From a virus (lineage: Duplodnaviria; Caudoviricetes), in the IMG/VR virus record IMGVR_UViG_2772190757_000004, positions 6,396 through 70,395 of that record: a DNA stretch of 64,000 bases; one strand, given 5' to 3'. Of this stretch, positions 47,899 through 57,803 are shown in pieces; the stretch's first letter is position 1; each line of letters opens with the position of its first letter. A model generated the notes under the pieces. It worked only from the letters and a program-made list of their open reading frames with translations, made no database searches and had not been told where the DNA came from. Both the position numbers and the translations under genes were made by a program.

Positions 47899-48134
47899 GA
47901 CGCCTTCTTCCACAGCTCGGGATCCAGGAAGGCGTTGGGCGTGACGCCGAGCGTGCGGGCAATCGCCGCCAGCTCGTCGGTGTTGAAGGGGTTCACGCCG
48001 CGGAGGCGTCGATCCAGGGTCACCCTGGGGATCCCTGAAAGCTCGCCGACTTTGCTCACCGAGTACTCGGAGTCTTCGATCAGGGAATTGACTCGGGCTG
48101 ATATCTCCCGCGACCAAACTTCGCAGCCGTCCAT
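47895..48134 (-). CDS. Cro-like XRE protein
   Basis: SGIPRVTLDRRLRG..PFNTDELAAIARTLGV; divergent from repressor. Confidence 0.8.
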   Translation of the reverse strand: MDGCEVWSREISARVNSLIEDSEYSVSKVGELSGIPRVTLDRRLRGVNPFNTDELAAIARTLGVTPNAFLDPELWKKAS

Positions 48135-48267
48135 ATGGACGACTGTACGCCTATATGGACGGTTTGCAAGAGGGTAACGGCTTTGCATTTGGCACAGTTC
48201 GGTCAAGGCAGGCGACCAAGGACGCCCTAACGTCCTCTTGGGATCTGCCCATATGGGCGGCTAGCCT
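48128..48267. promoter_or_regulatory. Lysis-lysogeny switch: three operators and two leaderless promoters
   Basis: CGTCCATATGGACG 48128-48141, CGCCTATATGGACG 48148-48161, TGCCCATATGGGCG 48246-48259; minus-strand TTGCAA-16-TACAGT; plus-strand -10 TAGCCT. Confidence 0.8.
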
Positions 48268-48273
48268 GAATGC

Positions 48274-48708
48274 ATGGCCACCAACGCCCGCCCCGTAGGC
48301 GATCTCACCCGAGTGATCGCAGCCCACATACGGGCCACGCGCGCGGCGATCCCCATGCGCCAAGACGCCCTCGCCGCCGCCGCGGACATTCCCGTCGACA
48401 CCCTCAGCAAGATCGAGCGGGGGCTCGCCGCAATCGACATGGAGCAGCTAGCGCGGATCGCGGCGGCCTTCAAGCTCAGCCCCGACGATTTCATCGGGAC
48501 TGCGCTCAGCAGGGCCAACTGGCATCACGGAGGGCGCGCCCGCCACCTCCACCAAGTGCAGACCGCCGATCAGGAAGCCCACCCGAAGAACACCGGCAAC
48601 GGCGCCCTCCTCACCCCCAACGACGAGGAGGACGACGAAGTCGGAACCCCGTCCGAGGAGACGCTGCGGATCTTGCGCGCCGACGCCGAGGTGAACCCCG
48701 ACTCCTGA
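48274..48708 (+). CDS. Immunity repressor (XRE HTH)
   Basis: IRATRAA..MRQDALAAAADIPVDTLSKIERG...LARIAAAF. Confidence 0.85.
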   Translation: MATNARPVGDLTRVIAAHIRATRAAIPMRQDALAAAADIPVDTLSKIERGLAAIDMEQLARIAAAFKLSPDDFIGTALSRANWHHGGRARHLHQVQTADQEAHPKNTGNGALLTPNDEEDDEVGTPSEETLRILRADAEVNPDS

Positions 48709-49004
48709 CGCGTGTAGACCTCCGCGCACCAACCCAAATCGGGCACCAGTTTCCAGTGATGGTCACGCGGGCCGCGCGCCCAGACCCTATCGACCTTCGA
48801 TAAGAGCCGGCGCATCTGCTTCGGCGTCAGTCCGCAGCGCGGGATCACGGTCAGTCCCCGCGCGGTGATGCGTAGTCCGCCAATCACCAGCCGGCCGCCG
48901 CGGGACTCGATGTCCCCCTTCGGCTGGAGGATGCGGACGCCGATCGCCTGCATCAGCGCGGGATCGTAGAGCGGCCAGTCGGTTTGAGGTACTTCCTCTT
49001 TCAT
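48570..49004 (-). CDS. Hypothetical protein, weak resemblance to ImmA/IrrE N-terminus
   Basis: YDP...IGVRIL...GLTPKQMRRLL; no HEXXH; 3' end overlaps repressor. Confidence 0.35.
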   Translation of the reverse strand: MKEEVPQTDWPLYDPALMQAIGVRILQPKGDIESRGGRLVIGGLRITARGLTVIPRCGLTPKQMRRLLSKVDRVWARGPRDHHWKLVPDLGWCAEVYTRQESGFTSASARKIRSVSSDGVPTSSSSSSLGVRRAPLPVFFGWAS

Positions 49005-49762
49005 TGGTGAATCTCGGTTCGTCTGCCCCGAACCGCTGCGGTGAGCCCCGACAGACCCGCTGCGCCCGGTGTTCGCTGTATGTAACTGTGCATACGCGGG
49101 CACACAGCCGCTATCGACGGGCCGCTCCCACGCCATGCCGGGTACGTCCGATGCGCGACCCGCTCGAGCGCCCGGCTTCGTGAGCTGCTCCGCGGTCGCC
49201 GTCCCGGCGACAACACTTCACGTCGTTCGGTCAGCTACCAATGGGTGCTCGGTAGTTGAGGCGGTGAACTAGGTGAAGCCCCGACTATAGTCACGCCTGG
49301 CCGGGGCCTTCCAGCAGTTCGGAGGGTTTCGGCCCGGTTTATTGGATTGTGACCGGCGGTCATCGTATGCGCTAATCCTCAGCAAGCCTTCGTGTTTCGG
49401 ATGGGCAGTGGCACTACTGCGTCAAACGCGTTGACCCACCAGGGAAATCAGAGCCGACCGGGTCGTCTGTTGAGATGACGCCGATACCGACATGACGTGT
49501 CTTGTTAGCCACAGCAGCAACATTGCAGGCACGATCAGGTTTGCACGCTACGCGAGAAGTCTTGGAGCAGTGCACATTCAAACCAACCCCCCGGTTCATT
49601 CAACTTGGAGGGTTCGATCCGAAGCACGCAGTGCGCCAGGAGCGCGCCCGGGGCAACCGCGCGGCCGAACGCCCCCGCCCGCGACAGCGGCGTGTCCCAA
49701 TGAGCGACACCAGCACGCGCGTACCAACGGCTCCGTTTTCGATAGCTGGAGGAGCGCGGTCG

Positions 49763-49784
49763 TTTGGCTACAGTTTTGGCTACA
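49763..49784. repeat. Tandem TTTGGCTACA repeats (tyrosine integrase arm-type-like sites)
   Basis: 49763-49772 and 49775-49784, ~60 bp inside the tRNA 3' end. Confidence 0.6.
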
Positions 49785-49816
49785 CGTGACCGATCGGTCC
49801 GATTTCGATGCTCCTC

Positions 49817-49840
49817 CCCTCCCTGGTCAGGGAGGGTTTT
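49817..49840 (+). terminator. Hairpin with T-tract at tRNA 3' flank
   Basis: CCCTCCCTG-GT-CAGGGAGGG-TTTT. Confidence 0.65.
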
Positions 49841-49842
49841 CG

Positions 49843-49916
<74 letters not shown>

Positions 49917-50818
49917 AGGCATACGACATCTATGGGATCGCCACGATGTCGTGTGCGTTGAGACTGTACCGAACCCGGCTTCCCAAACGCCAATCAGCCC
50001 CCCGCGCAGTGCGATCACGCGGGTGCCGGGACGGTCGTCGTCGCAACGCCCGGCAGGAGTCTCGCACGGTACCGCCCCGGTCAACGCAGGGCGCGCAGAA
50101 CAGAACTAAATGAAATTAAAAGGGATCTCTTCCTTGAAACTCGGGCGTGTCGGACCGGAAACGGGGAGCATATGGTTCGCGTGACGACTCCTGTCGGGGG
50201 GAGCCGTGGCCCACGGGGTGGCCATTTGTCACGCTCGACCGGTCGCGGAGAGGATGCCACCCATGGGGACATCACGACTCGCCGCAAGGGCAGCAGCAGT
50301 TTCTTGTCAGCTGCCACCGACCGCCGAGTGTGCTACTGGCAGGAAAATCCGGCCCAACACCCTTACCGGGTCGAAGACTCGCGCATCCTCGGCTACTCCT
50401 CCGGCTACTTCGATGTCGAGGTCCGAAACATGGACCGGCGGCCGGCCAGCCCGGCCCCACGGCATCGAGGCATCGCGAGGGGTCGCGAGGACCCGTTCGG
50501 CGTGGCGCTACAGCGTGTCGCCAGCGGGTCCTGGCGCGACTTCACAGCGAACGAAATCCTGGTGTAACACTGGCGCGGCTGCTGCGATCACATACCCGAT
50601 CGCCATTCGCGAGGGATCGAGAACACGTTGTAAAACAGCGTTTTTCGATGCCGGGTGGCTTGCTAGGATCCTTTTTGCCGGACGGGGGTATCTGGAAAGG
50701 GGGCGGTGAGCGTGCACCGAGCGAGGTGGACCCAACCGCGTAGCAGTGCGAAGGATCGGGGTGAAACCGGCACCTGTGCCGGCGCCGTGCCGCAAGGCAC
50801 CGACGTTACCTGCGTCGG

Positions 50819-51778
50819 GTGAGTTCGATGTCGATCGATATCGAGCCCCCCGTCGCCGCGATGGCGCGCGCCTGGGCTCGTGCGGTGTGCGCCGAGCCGG
50901 GTTCCGGCGCGGCGCCGCAACAGCTGGAACCGGTACTGATCGAAATCGTCGACCGGCTGCTCACCCTGGCCCGGTCCGAGCCGTTCCCCGTGCCCGAGGC
51001 GCGGATGCTCGGCGCCCGGCTCGCCGAGGCGCCGTTCGACCGCATCCGGATGCTCGCGCAGGCCACCCGCTGGCTGCTCGGCTTCCCCTCCGGCGCGCCG
51101 GGCTCGCTGGTCGCCACCCGCTGGCCGTTCGTCGCGAGCCAGGCCATCGACAGCTACGCCCAGGCGCTGCAGGAGCGCGCGCTGGCACAGCAGGAACAGA
51201 ACCTGTCCGCCAAGGTGTCGCTGCGGGTCCAGGAGATCGCGGCGCTGCAGCATCGGCTGCGGCACGAGGCGACCCACGACGCGCTCACCGACCTCGCCAA
51301 CCGGACCCTGCTCCAGGATCGGGTCCGGTTGATGTCCACCGACCCGAACCGCGGCGTCGGCCTGCTGCTGATCGACCTCGATCGCTTCAAGCAGATCAAC
51401 GACGGCTACGGGCACGCGATCGGCGACGAGGTACTGGTCGAACTGGCCAACCGGCTACGCGAGGTGTGCCCGCCCGACACCGTGATCTGCCGGTACGGCG
51501 GCGACGAATTCGTGCTCGCCGTGAATCCGCCGCACAACACCCTCGGCGACCTCGCCCATCGGATCGTGGCCGCCCTGCGCGACCCCGTCTGGTCGACGGC
51601 GGGCCCGGTCCCGGTCTCGGCGAGCGTCGGCACTGCGTACTGCCCGCCCGGAAGTTCCTGCGATTTCAGTGATCTGCTGCGTCGCGCGGACCGCGCGATG
51701 TACTCGGCCAAGACGGCAGGCGGACGCCGCTTCGCGCTCGCCGACGAACCGGAGATCGACACGGCCGTCGCCGGATAG
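50819..51778 (+). CDS. Diguanylate cyclase (GGDEF)
   Basis: ATHDALTDLANR, IDLDRFKQINDGYGH..GDEVL, RYGGDEF, SASVG, ADRAMY.AK. Confidence 0.92.
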   Translation: MSSMSIDIEPPVAAMARAWARAVCAEPGSGAAPQQLEPVLIEIVDRLLTLARSEPFPVPEARMLGARLAEAPFDRIRMLAQATRWLLGFPSGAPGSLVATRWPFVASQAIDSYAQALQERALAQQEQNLSAKVSLRVQEIAALQHRLRHEATHDALTDLANRTLLQDRVRLMSTDPNRGVGLLLIDLDRFKQINDGYGHAIGDEVLVELANRLREVCPPDTVICRYGGDEFVLAVNPPHNTLGDLAHRIVAALRDPVWSTAGPVPVSASVGTAYCPPGSSCDFSDLLRRADRAMYSAKTAGGRRFALADEPEIDTAVAG

Positions 51779-51793
51779 GACGGCCGTGCCCGG

Positions 51794-52117
51794 CTAGTCC
51801 GGCTGGCAGGTGGGGCACCAGAAGAGATTTCGTGCTTCCATGACGGCATGGGCTACGGGGGTGCCGCAGCGACGGCAGGCAGCGCCCTGGCGACGATAGA
51901 CGTAGGTGCGCGGGCGGTCCGGGGCGTAGGACGGTTCCCCGTGATCGTCCTCGGGCCGGACCACGACCATCTTGCCGACCCGCACGCCCACCTTCATCAA
52001 CGCGACCAGATCGGCCCACATCGCGTCCCACTCGTCGGCGGACAGCGCGGTGCCCGGCCGGAACGGCGAAACGTGGTGCCGGAACAGCAGTTCCGCCCGG
52101 TACACGTTGCCGACCCC
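51794..52117 (-). pseudogene. nei: 3' half of host Fpg/Nei DNA glycosylase gene, interrupted by element
   Basis: GVGNVYRAELLF...CRRC...WCPTCQ; homology stops abruptly at 52118. Confidence 0.9.
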
Positions 52118-52123
52118 GGTCGG
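52110..52123. other. Serine recombinase att junction
   Basis: CCGACC-CC-GGTCGG inverted symmetry around a central dinucleotide exactly at the nei breakpoint. Confidence 0.75.
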
Positions 52124-52542
52124 TATTGAATTAGTTCACCCTATCTGACCAGCGGAAATGATGCAACAGCGACCGGGCTCCCCGGATTGGACGCCGCGCG
52201 GCATCCAAGGAGTTCAGGGTTGGAAGAAGTTGGCGATAACAGCAAGCAGTTGATGTCATACCTACCGCAGTCCACGGAACCGGAACTACAGGCAACCGAC
52301 GGTGGAACGACGGTAGGATGCTCGCCAGCTCGTGCCGCGCGTCGCTCACCAGGCTAGACCGTTCCCGTATCCGATACTGATGGTCGCTCCATCGCTTCGA
52401 CGAGCAAGCGGTGACACCAGACAGCGCTGCCGCATGTTTCGCGATAGACCACGATCCGGCTACAAGGAGGACCATCATCTACGAAACGTCCGCAGTCGTG
52501 GTACCAGACCTGACTGAGAACGCTCCCGATACTATCACTGCC

Positions 52543-54876
52543 GTGGCTAACGAGCGCATCACCGAGGACATGGTCGACGGCATCCTCCGCAAGCTAGGCT
52601 TCTACGACCAGCCAGAGGAAGTATTTGTAGAGAAGCAGCAGAGCGAGGTGGCTGCGATTCGAGCAATCTTAGCCAAAGCAAGCAAGACCGGCAAAGGTGG
52701 AGCTGGCTATCCTGAGTTCATCATCACTGAAGCGGCCACTCCGGACGTAGTTGTCGTCATCGAGTGCAAAGCCTCCACTCGTCAACATGTATCAAAAGAC
52801 CGGAATCGTCCAGTAGATTACGCCGTTGATGGCGTACTTCATTACGCCCTGGCATTAAGCAGCAAGTACTCCGTAATCGCAGTTGCGGTAAGTGGAACCC
52901 CGCAATCTAACCGCTGGTCGACGTTCCTAATCCCCCAAGGACAACAGGAGCCACGATCTTTGATCTCCCCCACCGGGGCGGAAATCAATGAACTGGTTCC
53001 CATGCACGATCTCGTAAAGGCGGCCGCATACGACCCCGCCGTCAGATTAAAACGGTCTTCAGACCTGATTGCATTTAGCCAAGAAATGCATCGGTTCATG
53101 CGCGACGAAGCCGAGCTTGAGGAAAAAGAGAAGCCACTCACCGTTGCGGGCACGCTCCTCGCATTATCCAATAGGACATTCGCGCGCACCTATCAGGAGT
53201 ATCCAGCACACGAACTGCCAGGCTACTGGATGGAAACTATCATCAAGGAAGCCAAGGCAGCGAAACTCCCGGTGCCGAAGATCAAGAACATGACGCAACC
53301 CTTCAGCGCAATCGAAGTGCACCCGGAGTTGCGTAAATCATCAAAGACTTACCCCAAGGGTCTGCTAAACGCGATCATTACGATGTTGGCGGATCAGGTT
53401 CTCCCATTTCTCACCATTTATCACGATTTCGATGTCGTGGGCCAGTTCTACGGCGAATTTTTGAAGTACACAGGTGGAGATGGCAAGGGTCTCGGCATCG
53501 TTCTGACTCCGCGCCATCTCACCGAGCTTTTCGTTCTCATCGCCAATGTAGACAAGAGCGATATCGTCCTTGATACATGCGCGGGTACAGGTGGATTTCT
53601 AATCAGCTCAATGATGAAGATGATCGGAAATGCTACAACCGAAGCCGAAGTCGAAGACATCAAAAAGAACCGTTTGATCGGCATCGAGCAACAGGCAACG
53701 ATGTATGCACTTGCGGCATCGAATATGATTCTTCGTGGCGACGGAAAGGCCAACCTTCATCAAGGATCCTGCTTCGATAAGGGAATAACCCAGGAAGTAC
53801 AGTCTCACAAACCTACGGTTGGCCTCATAAACCCGCCTTACGCAAAATCAAAGGCCGACCTTCATGAGCTGCGATTCATCGAGCATATGCTGGACTGCCT
53901 AGAGCCGCACGGGCGCGGTGTGGCCATCGTGCCAGTCTCATGCGCTACGACGCCGAGTATCCATAAATCCAATCTCATGAAGAAGCATACGCTGGAAGCT
54001 GTCATGAGCATGCCACCGGAGATATTTCACCCCGTTGGCGTAATTACTTGCGTCATGGTTTTCACTGCAGGAGTCCCACACGAAAGGTCGGGCAGAAAGA
54101 CTTGGTTCGGCCTTTGGCGCGAGGACGGATACGTCAAGGTAAAGAACCATGGCCGGATCGATCGCGATCACCAATGGCCGAAGATTCGCGATCGTTGGAT
54201 CGAGATATTCCGCAATCGAGAGGTTCACGATGGTGAATCCGCAATGCGCCGAGTGGGCCCAGACGATGAGTGGATCGCTGAAGCATACCTGCAGACAGAC
54301 TACACCACCCTTTCAAAAGGGGAAATCACCTCCGTACTACGAGATTACGCAATGTTCGCGCTGGGCGGAGACGAAGAGCATGACTCGGACCCAATACGCG
54401 GAAACTCCGACAAATGGCTACAGTTTAAACTTGGAGACATCTTCGAGATCCACAAAGGTCGTCGGGTTACAAAAGCAGACCGGAGTTCTGGAACAACACG
54501 CTTTATTGGCGCATCCGAAAGGAATAATGGCGTTACCGATATGGTCAGCCTGGCTCCGATTTTTGATTCAGGAGCGATCACAGTGCCATACAATGGCGCT
54601 TCGGTCGGATGCGCCTTCTATCAGGATAAACCGTTCTTCGCCTGCGACGATGTCAATGTCTTGGTTCCCAAGGATGAACAGGATAAGTTGGCCTTGCTAT
54701 TTGTGGCAGGAGTAATTCGACATGGCAGAGGTCGATTTACGTATGGGTACAAGTGGACGCTCGAAAGGATGAAGGAGAGCACCGTACTTCTTCCGTCGAC
54801 AAATGATGGCAAGCCCGACTGGAAGAGAATGTCGCAGATTGCACGAGAGTTGCCCTTCGGTGGTGCAATCTCGTGA
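52543..54876 (+). CDS. BcgI-alpha-like restriction-modification enzyme (REase + N6-adenine MTase) fused to one TRD
   Basis: MANERITE, GYPEFII..IECKA, DVVGQFYGEFLKY..LGIVLTP, DTCAGTGGF, NPPY, C-terminal FKLGDIFEIHKG TRD; -10 TACTAT shortly upstream of GTG. Confidence 0.85.
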   Translation: MANERITEDMVDGILRKLGFYDQPEEVFVEKQQSEVAAIRAILAKASKTGKGGAGYPEFIITEAATPDVVVVIECKASTRQHVSKDRNRPVDYAVDGVLHYALALSSKYSVIAVAVSGTPQSNRWSTFLIPQGQQEPRSLISPTGAEINELVPMHDLVKAAAYDPAVRLKRSSDLIAFSQEMHRFMRDEAELEEKEKPLTVAGTLLALSNRTFARTYQEYPAHELPGYWMETIIKEAKAAKLPVPKIKNMTQPFSAIEVHPELRKSSKTYPKGLLNAIITMLADQVLPFLTIYHDFDVVGQFYGEFLKYTGGDGKGLGIVLTPRHLTELFVLIANVDKSDIVLDTCAGTGGFLISSMMKMIGNATTEAEVEDIKKNRLIGIEQQATMYALAASNMILRGDGKANLHQGSCFDKGITQEVQSHKPTVGLINPPYAKSKADLHELRFIEHMLDCLEPHGRGVAIVPVSCATTPSIHKSNLMKKHTLEAVMSMPPEIFHPVGVITCVMVFTAGVPHERSGRKTWFGLWREDGYVKVKNHGRIDRDHQWPKIRDRWIEIFRNREVHDGESAMRRVGPDDEWIAEAYLQTDYTTLSKGEITSVLRDYAMFALGGDEEHDSDPIRGNSDKWLQFKLGDIFEIHKGRRVTKADRSSGTTRFIGASERNNGVTDMVSLAPIFDSGAITVPYNGASVGCAFYQDKPFFACDDVNVLVPKDEQDKLALLFVAGVIRHGRGRFTYGYKWTLERMKESTVLLPSTNDGKPDWKRMSQIARELPFGGAIS

Positions 54877-54921
54877 CCTACCGTGCGGGCCACGCGTCAG
54901 GATGTGATGTGACGGACACTC

Positions 54922-55734
54922 ATGCCTGAGGGCCATACCCTGCACCGCTTAGCGAAACTGCACCACAGACGATTCGCTGGCGGAGTGGTTCGAATATCGA
55001 GCCCCCAAGGGCGTTTCGCCGACGGCGCAGCGTTGATCGACGGGCAGATGCTGACCCAGGCTGACGCCTGGGGTAAGCATCTCCTGCACCATTACGCATC
55101 GGGGCTGGTCGTGCATGTACACCTCGGGCTGTACGGCAAGTTCACCGAATCTACTGCACCCTTTGGCGATCCGGTCGGGCAAGTGCGTATGCGGATGATT
55201 GGCGCGGGCCGGTCCGGCGAGGTCTTCGGTGCCGATTTACGTGGCCCTACCGCGTGCGAGATCTTGCATGAATCTGAGGTGGAAACCCTCGTCGCCCGCC
55301 TCGGCCCGGATCCGTTGCGCCGTGATGCCGACCCGGACCTCGCCTGGCAGCGCATTCGCCGCTCTCAGCGTCCCATCGGCGCACTGCTCATGGACCAAGG
55401 CGTCATTGCTGGAGTTGGCAATGTATATCGCGCTGAGCTGCTGTTCCGGCATGGTATTTCCCCGCATCGTCCCGGCCGTGAGGTGTCGACGGGAGAGTGG
55501 GGCGAGCTTTGGGCCGACTTGGTGGAGTTGATGCAGGTTGGAGTGCAACGCGGCAAGATGCACGTGGTTCGGTCCGAACACGACCATGGCGCACCGTCCT
55601 ACGCCGCTGACCGACCGCGCACCTATGTATACCGCCGTGTCGGCGAACCCTGCCGCCTGTGCGGGACGACAGTCCTCCACGCGGTGATGGAGAGCCGAAA
55701 CCTGTTCTGGTGCCCCACCTGCCAGCCCTGCTGA
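54922..55734 (+). CDS. nei: Fpg/Nei family DNA glycosylase (element-borne intact copy)
   Basis: MPEGH catalytic N-terminus, GKHL, HLGLYG, LGPDPL, GVGNVYRAE, C4 zinc finger. Confidence 0.93.
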   Translation: MPEGHTLHRLAKLHHRRFAGGVVRISSPQGRFADGAALIDGQMLTQADAWGKHLLHHYASGLVVHVHLGLYGKFTESTAPFGDPVGQVRMRMIGAGRSGEVFGADLRGPTACEILHESEVETLVARLGPDPLRRDADPDLAWQRIRRSQRPIGALLMDQGVIAGVGNVYRAELLFRHGISPHRPGREVSTGEWGELWADLVELMQVGVQRGKMHVVRSEHDHGAPSYAADRPRTYVYRRVGEPCRLCGTTVLHAVMESRNLFWCPTCQPC

Positions 55735-55767
55735 ACCTACAACGAGCGCCCGCCTTGGCGCTGGGCA

Positions 55768-56250
55768 TCAATTGCGGGCCGCACCGCTCGGCCAGACGAT
55801 ATCGACGGGAAGGTTCTTCCCCCTCGCGAGTTCCACGACTGTGGCGGTGCCGCCTTGCTCGCTGGGCTGACCGTCCCATACCGCGATCAGCCGGTCGCAC
55901 GTTCCTACGACGGCCTCGTTGGCTGCCTCGTAGGCTTGCGTGCCCGCATCGTCGAAGTCCATTACGCGCACGGTTTCCGCGCGCGACATCAGAGTGTCGA
56001 ACTGTTCGGCGTGGTCCGGCTTGACCTTGCGCTCCCGGTAGTTGCGGGACGGCAGAACAACTTCCAGTCGCCCACCGGCATCGAGCACGGCTTGCGCGAA
56101 GACGCTGTCGGCCCCGCGCGCGATACAGCTGACACCGATCAGTTCGGCTGGATCTCCTGCGGCGGCCAGGATGCGGGTGATCTCCGCGTAGACCAGCGGG
56201 ACCGAATCCGCGGTGATGTTCATGTGCCCGGTGACGCCGATGCGAGTCAT
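55768..56250 (-). CDS. SLOG-superfamily (YpsA-like) protein
   Basis: IGVTGH, SCIARGAD..FAQAVL, AYEAAN, LIAVWDG..GGTA.VV. Confidence 0.8.
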   Translation of the reverse strand: MTRIGVTGHMNITADSVPLVYAEITRILAAAGDPAELIGVSCIARGADSVFAQAVLDAGGRLEVVLPSRNYRERKVKPDHAEQFDTLMSRAETVRVMDFDDAGTQAYEAANEAVVGTCDRLIAVWDGQPSEQGGTATVVELARGKNLPVDIVWPSGAARN

Positions 56251-56258
56251 GCCCTTCT

Positions 56259-57667
56259 CTATACCGGGTCGGCGACCAGCACGCGCATCCTGTCCCGCAA
56301 CTCGGCCACCGCGCGAACGTCCGCCACATACTCGGTGCGCGCGAACATCTCCCGCAGTTTGACCCGCACGCGATCGGAGGCGGTCTGTTCGACGGTGGAC
56401 AGGGCGGCGTGCCCCAGTCGGCACGCTTCCTCGAGCTCGCCCTGGATCAGACGGGCCTCCGCCAGTCCGAGTTGGTCCAGTGCAGTACTGCGCAACCGGT
56501 TGGGTTGCCGCAACACGATCGCCTTGTCGATCTGCTCGGCAGCCTCGCTCGCGAATTCTGGTGCGCGCTGCGCCATTTCGAGGAGACGACCGCCGATGGT
56601 GCCTGCCATTTCCGAGGCGTCGAAGTAGCCGATCCAGTAGGGGTCGATCGTCGGTGTTGCCTCGGCCATGGTCTCCTGGGCTCGATCGCAGGCGCGGTGG
56701 AATGCCGAGGGGCGATCGAGGTGGGCATAGGCCCACGCTTCGCGGGTGCGCAGCATGGCTTGGACAGTCGGTGTCGCCGCAGCTGCCTGATCCTGTGCCA
56801 GGCGCACGAGTTCCAGAGCATCGGCGGTTCGGCCGAGATACAGCAGTTGTCGCGCCATGCCCGCGAGAGAGTTGGCGGCGAAGGCCGAATCACCTGCCGC
56901 GCGTGCAGCCCGGACTGCGAGCACGTAGTAGCGCTGGGCAGCGGCTTGCTGTCCGGAATCCCACGACATCGTCGCCACGGTTTCGGCGAGATGAGCAAGC
57001 ACACCTGTGAGACGACGGCGAACTTCCGGCGGCTGAGTCTGCGTGAGCAGTTCGTTGACCTCGTTGAGTTGGCCGATGACGGCTTTGCGTCGCAGTCCCC
57101 GCCGTACTGGTCATCCCACTCGCGAAATACTCGGGCGGCCATCTCCAACTGCTCGACTTCCTGCACCCCGATTCGGCACGCCGAAGTCACTGTCGGAGTG
57201 GCGGACTGGCCGGTTCCATAGAGCAGCCAGCGTTCGAGCGGTTCAAGCAGGTTGGCTCCGACGACTACCCCAAGCAGAGCGCGGGTGGCTTGGCGGCGAT
57301 CCACCATCAGGTCCTTTCGGGTGAGGTCATCGGCAATCGCCGTGCAGTCGGCGGTCCACACGCCCGGTTCCCACTGTGCGGCAATGGAATCGGCCGGATC
57401 ATCGGTATCACCGGGGAGAACGATCTGAATGCGATTCTTCTTGGCGGCCAGGAATTTGGCGCGCTGCTGTGGGGTAGCGCGCGTGAGGTGGGTTTCCATC
57501 AGCTCGCCGAAGAACGACGGCAGCGTAACCGTGGTCCCGCGTCGCGCCCACTTCTTTACCGTGCTCAACGCGACGCCGGTGCGCTCGGCGAACTCGGGTT
57601 GGGTGACCCCGAGCGCTATGCGCAGCGCGGTTGCGTCGGCACCTGTCCATGCCTCTTGCATACCCAT
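56259..57667 (-). pseudogene. XRE-HTH plus TPR-like regulator, frameshifted in a G-run
   Basis: WTGADATALR..TQPEFAERTGV; adding one G at 57097-57100 gives DDQYGGGLRRKAVIGQL, joining the TPR-like C-terminal ORF. Confidence 0.75.
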
Positions 57668-57803
57668 TACCTCACCTGTGCGGGGAGATGCGTGAACCGA
57701 GCGTATACCCGCGTGCACTGGCGTCACCTTCAATCACGGCAAACCCGGAGACACGCTGGTCACAGCGCCAAATCTGACCGAGCAGAATCCGAAGGAGCCC
57801 GAC

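Larger units (their letters stand above)
1..49842 (-). mobile_element. Temperate siphovirus prophage (left end outside window), bounded on the right by tRNA-Gly
   Basis: Contiguous minus-strand modules in canonical order (terminase, portal, capsid, tail, TMP, lysins; repressor/Cro/Xis); ends at a tRNA 3' end with tandem arm-type-like repeats. Confidence 0.95.

Noticed and set aside
49590-49625. GGTTCGATCC as a second tRNA remnant
   Set aside because: T-loop-like decamer only; no cloverleaf
50147-50743. ORFs between tRNA and GGDEF gene
   Set aside because: Overlapping candidates without recognisable motifs; 50172-50567 may be real but is unsupported
52257-52320. Imperfect long hairpin CCTACCG...CGGTAGG near element end
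   Set aside because: Interrupted stem with no independent support for an RNA
51794-55734. Two nei sequences as an assembly duplication or inversion
   Set aside because: Only ~74% aa identity, different codon usage, and a sharp att-like breakpoint
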